64,000 nt of DNA from Tubiluchus corallicola (lineage: Eukaryota > Animalia > Priapulida): NCBI GenBank assembly GCA_030141605.1, contig JAQGDQ010000686.1:1-64000 (forward strand). Direction: 5' to 3'. Each line of letters begins with the position of its first letter. Position 1 is the first letter of the stretch. The notes under the pieces were generated by a model, which saw only the letters and a program-made list of their open reading frames with translations, was not told the origin of the DNA and did not search any database. The translations under genes were made by a program, and so were the position numbers. Positions 38,801 to 50,800 of this stretch are shown piece after piece.

Positions 38801-41800
38801 AGATTTTTTTAGACATCACGAGACGAGATAAAACGCAGTGAAAATATGACACAGACATTTACGCATGCAAATGCTCTACTTTTGCAAACCTTTCGAACGT
38901 TTTTCATTTATCATGAAACTAAATCATATATATCCGAATATCTCAATATGGTATTCTGCAATCAATTCACACCCATTATAACACGACCAACTAGACTTAC
39001 TCACACATCCAAAACACTTATAGATCACATCTACACAAATAACCTAAAAGACTACATCATTCCAGGCATTATACTTTACCAAATCGCTGACCACTTGCCT
39101 ATCTTTTGCATTGTCAAAAATTCAATTAGTAAACGTGCGAACTCAAAAGTAACAATCCGTGACAAGAGTAAATTCAATCAAGACGCTTTCTTAAATGACT
39201 TAACTTATAAACTAAACAACGAATCTTTTGTGACAATGTCAACAAACGAAGCATTTGAAAAATTCATGAATATAATTACAGAAACTGTTAACTACCATGC
39301 CCCGTATAAAACCTTGTCGAGAAAACAAACTAAGACATTTTACAAACCCTGGTTAACTCAAGGTATCCTAACTTCTATCAGAAAAAAAAAGTCAATTATA
39401 CAAAACTCATAAATTATCCGACAGTTTATACAAAAATGAATATTATCGTACATATTGTAATAAACTAAATCGAATAAAAGAACAGTCAAAACGTAACTAT
39501 TACTCAAAAGTGCTCCAAGGAAATAAAAATAATATGCGACTAACATGGAAAACCATAAATGAAATTACAAACTGTAAAGTGAAAAACCATTTTCAACCTA
39601 ACAAGTTAACACAAAATGGTAATGAGTACAATAACCATAAGGATATAAGTGAAATACTAAACCAGTTTTTTAGTAACATAGGTAGCAATATGGCGAGAAA
39701 GATACCATACACTGAACTAAAATTTGATTCTTTTTTGAAGAACCCAGTAAATAGCACATTTTTTATGTACCCTATATTAGAAAATGAAACATGTGTGGAA
39801 ATCAATAAGTTAAACATTAATAAATCTGCAGGTCCAGAGAATATTCCAATTTATTTTTATAAACTAGCTGTCAGCATTATTACACCATACTTAACGACAC
39901 TTTATAATAAATCGATTACTGATGGCATATTTCCTAACATTTTAAAACTAGCGAAAGTAATTCCAATTTATAAGTCTGAATCACCTGAAAATCCCACCAA
40001 CTATAGACCTATATCTTTACTCTCACCGGTTGCCAAAATATTTGAAAAACTCATCTTTATCCGGCTTGACAAATTCATTTCAACAAACAAAATACTATCA
40101 GAACACCAATTTGGTTTCAGGAAAAATCATTCTACTGCCTTAGCTGTATCTGAACTAACCGATAGAATTCTTAATAATATTGACAAAAATGTATTTGTGT
40201 GTGGCATCTTCCTAGATCTGTCCAAGGCTTTTGACACTGTACAACATAATATATTACTCCAAAAAATGAAACATTATGGTATTAGAGGACTATCCCAAAA
40301 TTTCTTTGCATCTTACTTGCACAACAGACAACAGTACACTTCCATTGGAGATACTAGCTCAAATCTAACTACTATAACATGTGGAGTACCACAAGGCTCT
40401 ACTCTAGGCCCGATATTGTTTCTTTTGTACATAAATGATCTTGTAAACTGTTCAAACTTCCACACTAGAATGTTTGCAGATGACACTAATCTATTCTTAA
40501 CAGATACAAAGATAATTAATTTACAAACTTCAGTTAACAGTGAATTGCATAAGATTAATCAGTGGATGAAAGCTAACAAACTGTCTATTAACTATAAAAA
40601 GACAAAATACATGCTGATTACGCCTGGCCGCAAAACAGACGCATATGAAAATTTCCAGATTTCAATGAATAATCAAATATTAACTAGGTCTAAAGAAATT
40701 AAATACCTCGGTATGTTCATTGATGATAACTTAACATGGTCTACACAAACAAAACACATAACCTACAAAATTAGCAAAATCAAGGGCATAATTGCGAGGA
40801 TAAGACACTACGTAAATACAGATGTAATAAAACTAATATACCATGCTTTGGTTTATTCTTATCTTCACTATGGGATTCTTTCCTGGGGCACTGCATCTTC
40901 AAATACTTTAAAACCGATACAAACTCATCAAAACATTATAGTTAAGCTGATGACATTTTCTGGTAGACGGGAACATGCAACGCCATCCTACATTAAATTG
41001 GGCCTCTTAAAACTGAATGATATCTACAAACTCGAGCTTGCAAAATTTGTATACAAATTTAAGAATAACTTACTACCAGAATTGTTTCTAAATTACTATA
41101 CGCCAGCATCCGATATTCACAGTTACAACACTAGGTTTTCTACTAACAGTTCTTTCTTTATCGAACGATTTAATACATCTAAGGGTCAAACGTCGTTAAA
41201 ATATCAGGGATCAGTATTATGGAACTCTCTACCTGCTCATATAACTTCTTTACCTCTGCATTCGCTAAAAAAACAGTACGCTAAGGCACTTCTTGAAGCT
41301 TACAAATAAATCAGTTTTTTGTCTGTTAGATGTACATTCTTATGGTAACTTTTGCTTAAAAACATTTTTATGAGGTGCAAACTCACTTTTTCGCTGCTGT
41401 ATTTTTGTTTTTGTATTTCTGTACGTTTGTGTATTTATTAGATGTATTTATCAGAAACAATTGTAAGGTATTTTGCTTAGTAGTTCGTAAATTTGTCATG
41501 GTTTTTGATTTTTGTCTTTTGCTGTTGTATTTTTGTTTTTTGTATTTCTGCACGTTTATGTATTTTTTAATATAGCTGTGTCTACTGTCCTTAGCGTCCT
41601 TTTGTTTACTGTCCTTTGAGAAGGGTGGTTGACTCGATAACCTTTGGTTTTTCGCCACCCTTTCTCCTATGTTTGTTTGTATTTTTGTGTATTTTATTGT
41701 CAAATTATTGTATATGGAGGAAAATAAATTACTATTACTATTACTATTACTGTTTTTCGAAATGCGATGTTTTGGACATGAATACATCTTCATTACTGGT

Positions 41801-44800
41801 CGATTTTGCCACCATGAACACAACAGAAAGTGGGGTTACATTTTTAGCAAAGTCTGTAATTTCAATAAAAGTTCTGCTGCTAATACTATTAGGTATTACT
41901 ATAATAGTTGGAAACTTATTAGTTCTGATTGCAGTTTGTAAGATTCCTCGTTTACAAACTAAAACAAATGTTCTTGTTGCATCTCTTGCTGTAACTGATT
42001 TACTTGTTGGTTTATCAATGCCTGCAGAAGTGACCTCATTATTGTATCCAGCTGTGTTGTCAAACCAAGTGTTTGTATTCGTGCTGTACATATTTGAAGT
42101 TGGAATGGTGAATGCAAGCATATTACACTTGTGTCTGATAGCAGTTGAAAGACATGTGGCTGTTGTTCATCCATTCAAGTATCACACCAACGTGAGAAAA
42201 GAAACCATTGTTGCTGCACTTTCCATTACTTGGATTTTTGCTTTAACTGAGGCAGTTATTTATGTTATTTTCAAATACATTTTGAATGTACAAAGTCTAT
42301 TAATCGTTGATGTTACTGTAGCATTTTATTTACCAGTGCTAACGATTCTTGTGCTCTATGCCCTAATTTGGAGAACTGCAAGAAGGCACATCTTACAGAT
42401 ACATAGTCAAATTCAAGGAAGCCAGGCAAATGTGATGGAGATGAAAGCAACAAAAAGTTTAGCCATTGTTACCTTTGCTTTTCTGGTGTGTTGGGGTCCC
42501 TTTTCTCTGTATCAGACAGTTTGTTATATATTGTTTTACGAAGAGAATCAGGAAGTAACTCAGTTTTTATATGTATTTGGATTTATCAACAGTGCCATTA
42601 ATCCAATCGTGTATGCACTGTCTAGCACTGATTTTAGATGGGCTGTCAAAAAAATGTTGCTTTCACGTGAATTGTAAAACTTAATGCGAAAAACTTTCAC
42701 GTGAATTGCTTTCCGTTAATTATAGCTGAGTTAATAGCACGAAACTGAGAAACCGCACAAGTGAGCAAAATTCTTCAAATAGAGCACACAATTGACCACG
42801 TTTTTTGAAGCCAACATCCAAGTAATGTTCCAAAGATGTGCTAAAAAATTGAGCAACATTTTATGTGTAATAGATCGTCAGATTAATGAGCTTGATATAA
42901 TGAAGCAGCCAAATAGTTTACACACACTTAGCAACATATTTAAGTTGAACACACAGTGTCCATTTATAATAGTCTAAGGTTATAATGTTGTATGCATGTT
43001 ATACAAATGTTATATATATTGCACCATTGTGAGAACGAATGACATTATGCTGCATCATTGTGAAAATGAATGACATTATAACGCATCATTGTGAAAATGA
43101 ATGACATTATAACGCATCATTGTGAGAATGAATGACATTATATAGCATCACTGTGAGAATGAATGACATTGTACTGCATCATTGTGAGAATAAATGACAT
43201 TATACTGCATCATTGTGAGAATAAATGACATTATATTGCATCACTGTAAGAATAAATGACATTATATTGCATCATTGTGAGAATGAATAACATCATACTG
43301 CATCATTGCAAGAATAAATGACATTATACTGCATCATTGTGAAAATGAATGACATTATATTGCATCATTGTGAGAGTAAATGACATTATACTGCATCATT
43401 GTAAGAATGAATGACATTATATTGCATCATTGTGAGAATGAATGACATTATATAGCATCACTGTGAGAATGAATGACATTGTACTGCATCATTTTGAGAA
43501 TGAATGACATTATACTGCATCACTGTGAGAATGAATGACATTATACTGTATCATTGTGAAAATGAATGACATTATACTGTATCATGTGAAAATGATCATA
43601 CGTAGTTTGCTTGTATTTCAGACAGTGATTTCCTTGTAAATGTGTTTTCAGATTTTCGATTGCAGTGAAAATACGACAAGGACATTTACGAATGCAAATG
43701 CTCTACTTTTGCAAACCTTTCGAACGTTTTTCCAAATGCGATGTTGTGAACATGAATACATCTTCGTTACTGGTCGATTTTGCCACAATGAACACAACAG
43801 AATGTGGGGTTACATTTTTAGCAAAGTCTGTGATTTCAATAAAAGTTCTGCTGCTAATACTATTAGGCATTGCTATAATAGCTGGAAACTTATTAGTTCT
43901 GATTGCAGTTTGTAAGATTCCTCGTTTACAAACTAAAACAAATGTTCTTGTTGCATCTCTTGCTGTAACTGATTTACTTGTTGGTTTATCAATGCCTGCA
44001 GAAGTGACCACAGTGTTGTATCCAGCTGTGTTGTCAAACCAAGTGTTTGTATTGGTACTGTTCATAGTTGAAGATGGGATAGTGAATGCAAGTGCATTAA
44101 ACTTGTGTCTGATAGCAGCTGAAAGATATGTGGTTGTTGTTCATCCATTCAAGTATCACAAAATCGTGAGAAAAGAAACCATAGTTGCTGCACTTTCCAT
44201 TACTTGGATTTTTGCTTTAACTGTGGCAGCGGTTTGTGTTATTTTCTTTTTTGTTTTCAATAAACGTGGTCTGTTAGTCGTTGATGCCACTTTAACATTT
44301 TATTTACCGATGTTTGCGATTTTTGTACTGTATGTGCTAATTTGGAGAACTGCAAGAAGGCACGTCTTGCAGATACACAGCCAAGGTCTAGAAAGCCAGG
44401 CAAACATGATGCAAATGAAAGCAACAAAAACTTTAGCCATTGTTACCTTTACTTTTCTGGTATGTTGGGGTCCCTTTTCTCTGTATCAGACAGTTTGTTA
44501 TATATTGTCTTACGAACCTAAATATGATATAGTTCAGGCTTTATATATAATTGGATTTATCAACAGTGCCATTAATCCAATCGTGTATGCACTGTCTAGC
44601 ACTGATTTTAGATGGGCTTTCAAAAAAATGTTGCTTTCACGTGAATTGTAAAACTTAATGCGAAAAACTTTCACGTGAATTGCTTTCACTTAATGATAAC
44701 TGCGTTAATAGCATGAAACTGAGAAACCGCACGAGTCAGCAAAATTCTTCAAATAGAGCACACAATTGACCAAGTTTTTTGAAGCGAACATCCAAGTAAT

Positions 44801-47800
44801 GTTCCAAAGATGTGCTACAAAATTGAGTATCATTTTATGTGTAACAGATCGTCAGATTAATGAGCTTGATATAATGAAGCAGCCAAACAGTTTACACACA
44901 CTTAGTAACACATTTAAGTTGATCAAACAATGTCTAATTATAATAGTCTCAGGTTATATTGTTGTATGCATGTTTACTAAAACATTATTCTGGCTCGGCA
45001 TATCCACAGAACTAATCTTCCATGTTGCACAGTAGTTGCGTTACATCTTTCTGCGTGTGCACTTAGCGTTTATAAAGAGAAGGTTTGTTATCATAGCTAT
45101 TATGCTTTTTAATGTATATAACATCATGCTGAATCAATACTGCGTGAGAATGATAATTTTATCGTTTATATGTGTTGTGTTTGTTTCTAGCAACCTTGCA
45201 GATGGTACCATGCATGGCCATTTTTAGATTTGCCATAGCTGGCTTTGTAGTGAGACGTTACATAAACAGTCGCGGTTGGTAACTTGTTCTGTTTTCTTGT
45301 AGTAAAAATTTGTAGTTCTCTACACTTGCTTGAAGGTCTGACTTTTATTGACGACACATAAAAACTTCTCTGATCATGAACTCGACTTCGTTTTTGGTTG
45401 CAGTAATTGTTTTGAATTAAATTCAAACTTAGTTTACATAGGTGTGGAATGTTTATTGTATACATTTATGAAGTACATACAGCCAGCCGGAAATCAGACG
45501 TCATACACTTGCAGTTTAAGCTAGAGCAAATTTATGGCTGCCGTCTAACAATACACGCTGCACTTACCTAATTGCTGAAATGCTTTCGTGAATCAAAGTA
45601 AACTTGCATAGCAAACGGGTATTTGTTCTGCAAATGTACTTTGTGGTTATAAAATCCCTATGAATAGAAATGCAGCTAGGATGATCCTAGCTGTTGTGCT
45701 TTTTAATATAAATGACATTATACTGCATCATTATGAGAATGAATCACTTATACTGCATCATTGTGAACATGAATGATATTATACTGCATCATTGTGAGAA
45801 TGAATGACATTAGACTGCATCATTATGAGAATGAATGACATTATATTGCATCATTATGAGAATGAGTGACATTATACTGCATCACTGTGAACATGAATGA
45901 CATTATACTGCATCATTGTGAGAATGAATGACATTATATGGTATCATTGTGAGAGTAAATGACATTATACTGCATCATTGTGAGAATGAATGACATTATA
46001 TTGCATCATTGTGAGAATAAATGACATTATATTGCATCATTGTGAGAACGAATGACATTATACTGCATCATTGTGAGAATGAATGACATTATGATGCATC
46101 ATTGTGAGAATGAATGACATTATATTGCATCATTGTGAGAATGAATGACATTATACTGCATCATTGTGAAAATGAATGACATTATACTGTATCATTGTGA
46201 AAATGAATGACATTATACTGTATCTTTGTGAAAATGATCATACATAGTTTGCTTGTATTTCTGACAGTGATTTCCTTGTAAATGCGTTTTCAGATTTTCG
46301 ATTGCAGTGAAAATATGACACAGACATTTACGCATGCAAATGTTCTACTTTTGCAAACCTTTCGAACGTTTTTCGAAATGCAATGTTGTGAACATGAATA
46401 GATCTTCGTTACTGGGTGATTTTGCTACCATGAACACAACAGATAGTGGGGTTACATTTTTAGCAAAGTCTGTGATTTCAATAAAAGTTCTGCTGCTAAT
46501 ACTATTAGGTATTGCTATAATAGTTGGAAACTTATTAGTTCTGATTGCAGTTTGTAAGATTCCTCGTTTGCAAACTAAAACAAATGTTCTTGTTGCGTCT
46601 CTTGCTGTAACTGATTTACTTGTTGGTTTATCAACACCAGCAGAAGTGACCACAGTGTTTTATCCAGCTGTGCTGTCAAACCAAGTGTTTGTATCGGTGC
46701 TGAACATTTTTGAAATAGGAATGGTGAATGCAAGTGCATTAAACTTGTGTCTGATAGCAGCTGAAAGATATGCGGCTGTTGTTCATCCTTTCAAGTATCA
46801 CACCATCGTGAGAAAAGAAACCATTGTTGCTGCACTTTCCATTACTTGGATTTTTGCTTTAACTGTGGCAGCACTTTGTGTTATTTTCACGTTCATTTTC
46901 AATAAACATGGACTGTTAATCGTCGATGCTACTTTAGCATTTTATTTACCGATGTTTACGATTTTTGTACTGTATGTCCTAATTTGGAGAACTGCAAGAA
47001 GGCACGTCTTGCAGATACACAGTCAAGGTCTAGAAAGCCAGGCAAACGTGATACAAATGAAAGCAACAAAAACTTTAGCCATTGTTACCTTTGCTTTTCT
47101 GGTATGTTGGGGTCCGTTTTCTCTGTATCAGACAGTTTGTCATATATTGTCTTATGAAGAGAATGATGAAATAAATAAGTTTTTATATGTATTTGGATTT
47201 ATCAACAGTGCCATTAATCCAATCGTGTATGCACTGTCTAGCACTGATTTTAGATGGGCTTTCAAAAAAATGTTGCTTTCACGTGAATTGTAAAACTTAA
47301 TGCGAAAAACTTTCACGTGAATTGCTTTCATTTAATGATAACTGCGTTAATAGCATGAAACTGAGAAACCCCACAAGTGAGCAAAATTCTTCAAATAGAG
47401 CACACATTGACCAAGTTTTTTGAAGCGGACATCCAAGTAATGTTCCAAAGATGTGCTACAAAATTGAGTATCATTTTATGTGTAATAGATCGTCAGATTA
47501 ATGAGCTTGATATAATGAAGCAGCCAAATAGTTTACACACACTTAGCAACATATTTAAGTTGAGCAAACAATGTCCAATTATAATAGTCTAAGGTTATAG
47601 TGTTGTACGCATGTTTACTAAAACATTATTCTGGCTCGGCATATCAACAGAACTAATCTTCCATGTTGCACAGTAGTTGCGTTACATCTTTCTGCATGTG
47701 CACTTAGCGTTTAGAAAGAGAAGGTTTGTTATCATAGCTATTATGCTTTTTAATGTATATAACATCATGCTGAATCAATACTGCGTGAGAATGATAATTT

Positions 47801-50800
47801 TATCATTTATACGTGTTGTGTTTGTTTCTAGCAACCTTGCAGATGGTACCATGCATGGCCATTTTCAGATTTGCTATAGCTGGCTTTGTAGTGAGATGTA
47901 ACATAAACAGTCGCAGTTGGTAACTTGTTCTGTTTTTGTAGTAAAAATTTGTAGTTCTCTAGACTTGCTTGAAGGTCTGACTTTTATTGATGACACATAA
48001 AAACTTCTCTGATCATGAACTCGACTTCGTTTTTGATTGATTTTACTGCAGTAAATTTAACGGAAGACGAGGCTTCGCGATTATGAGCATTGCTATAACT
48101 GTCGGAAACTTGTTAGTTCTGATGGCAGTTTGTAAGATTTCTCGTCTGCAAACTAAAACAAATGCTCTCATTGCATCACTTGCAGTAACTGACTTGTTGG
48201 TTTATCAATGCCAGTAGAGATTACTGCAGTGTTGTATTTGGTTCTGAAATCAAATGCAGTATTTGTAGCGGTGCAGCAGGTATTTGAATTGGGATTGATA
48301 TATGCAAGCATGTTTCACCTGTGTCTGATAGCAGCTGAAAGATACATAGCTGTTGTTCATCCATTCAAATATCACAGCATCATGAGAAAAGAAGCCATTG
48401 TTGCTGCACTTTGCATTACATGGATTGTTGCTTTCATTGAGGCAATTATTAATGATATCATCAGAATCATCTTCAAAGCACAGAGTCTTTTGATTCTTGA
48501 TGATATTTTAGCATTTTATTTACCATGTTCTCGATTGTTATACTGTATGTTCTAATTTGGAAAACTGCAAGAAGGCACGTTTTACAGATACACAGTCAGT
48601 ATCAGGGAAGCCAGGCAAACGTGATGCAAATGAAAGCAACAAAAACTTTAGCCATTGTTACCTTTGCTTTTCTAGTATGTTGGGGACCTGAGTATGTGTA
48701 TGAGACGTTTTGTTACATATTTTCTTATGAAGAGGAACATACTAGTACGATATCGATGCCATTTGCACTTGGATTAACCAACAGTGCCGTTAATCTAATC
48801 ATATACGCATTTTCTAATACTGACTTCAAAATGGCTTTCAAGGAAATTTTGTTTTGACAAACAGTGTCAGAAAATTGCATTAATCACATGCAACTAACAT
48901 TCCTAACATAGAGCATACATGTAAACAGCATTTTTGAATAGGAATAGATGATCAAACGCATTTTTCAGGCAAGTGGTTATTATATGTGCTTAGCAACCAT
49001 TTAAGCAATGTTGAGACTGTCTCGATTAATGGTGACTAGTTGCAGTACTTTAGTTCTTAGCAGTTCCGTTTGGGGTTTGCAGTGTCCCGAATCATGTAAT
49101 AAGCTACTGACAAGATAAATAGCAATGCCAAATTTTGTAACGATGTAAACTGACTTGTTAATAAATGCATTACAGATAAATAAATATTTAAATGATGTGA
49201 ACTGTAGTAATGTCAAAATGCAGACACTAGATTTAACAATTTTTGTATATAATGCCAAATAATGAGATTTTTCACCACCTACAATGAAGGTAGTGATCGT
49301 TTTTTGTTTAAACGTACTTATTTGTTTCCATTATCATCTGTAAAGCAGTTATGCTACTTGACCAAAGATTTTTCTCAATGTATTGCAAACATAAACCAGT
49401 TTTGTACCCAACTAACTAGAGAAAAACTGTCTAAACAATTTGTTGATACATTAAATAAGAGTCTGTTATTGTGTTTAAACTATATATTGTATGCACTGTT
49501 GTATCTATCTTTATTGTATTGATAGTGGTATAATATATTGATATTGAACATGTTGTTACAATTGGTTTTTTATCGTGTTCAATGAAATGTTTGCAGTACG
49601 TAATGTTTTACCAGTCTATTCTGATCAGAAATGAAAAGAAATGAAAGGAAGTTTGCACAGGTGTGGTAATACGTACACATTTCAGACACCTAACTGTTGA
49701 AGCATTAAAGTAGTCTTTGGACAATAGTTTAACAGGTGGGATAATATGTACACATCACATGCATTAACTGTGGAAGTGCTCTTTCACATGGCACTTCGTT
49801 TTTATGATTGGACAGTTGTTTCCTAGGTGCTGTAGGACGTGTTATGACTCGTGTATTTCACAAATATCTCAGACTTAAATCTGCAGGCCTATGTGTAATC
49901 TTTACCTGTGTACATAATTTTTTAATCTATTAAGCTTATAATTGGTTTTAACCACTAGCTCTCATTTATCTTTTATCATTTGCTGTGTCCAACTAACTTT
50001 ATGGACATTTTCATGTGTGAAATAAAATTGAAATTTAATTCAAAACTTACGTAGGTGTGGTAATGTTTATTGTATGCATCTACGAAGTCATCCAGCCAGA
50101 AATCAGATGTCATACACCTACTGTCTAAGCTAGAGAAAATTTATTGCCACCGTCTAACAATACATATTGCTCTTGCCTAATAGCTGAAATGTTTTCGTGA
50201 TCCAAAGTAAACTTACAAAGTAAAGAGCAATTGTTCTGCCGATGTGCTTTGTGTCTATAAAATTCTATGGCTAAAAACATTTTCATTGTGGCTTGTTAAT
50301 ATAAATGACATTATATTGGATCATTGTGAGAATGACTGTGTATAGTTTGATTGTATTTCTGATAATGCTTTTCTTGTAAATGTATTTCCCATTTGCCATT
50401 GCAATGAAAATACAACACGGACATTTGCTAAAGTCAACTGAATGCTCGGCTACCTGTTCATTCTGTCTTTCATGACAGGTGTGTTTATCAATGAAAATGC
50501 TCTGCTTTTGCAAACCTTTCTGACTTTTTTCGAATGCGATGCTATGAACATGAATACGTCTTCATTTTTGGTTGATTTTGCTACTATGAATACAACAGAA
50601 AACGGGGTTACATATTTAGCAAAGTCTGTGACATCAATAAAAGTTCTGCTGTTCCTCTTATTGGGTATTTCTATAATAGGTGGAAACTTTTTAGTACTGT
50701 TTGCAATTTGTAAGTTTCCTCGTTTACAAACTAAAACAAATGTTCTTGTTGCTTCACTTGCTGTAACTGATTTACTTGTTGGCTTATCTACGTCAGCAGA

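Noticed and set aside
41616-41777. Long N-terminal extensions of family B ORFs (also at 43665, 46334 and 50442)
   Set aside because: Not conserved between paralogues; the B1 extension is LINE 3' UTR and tail. The conserved start is MN(T/R)SS.
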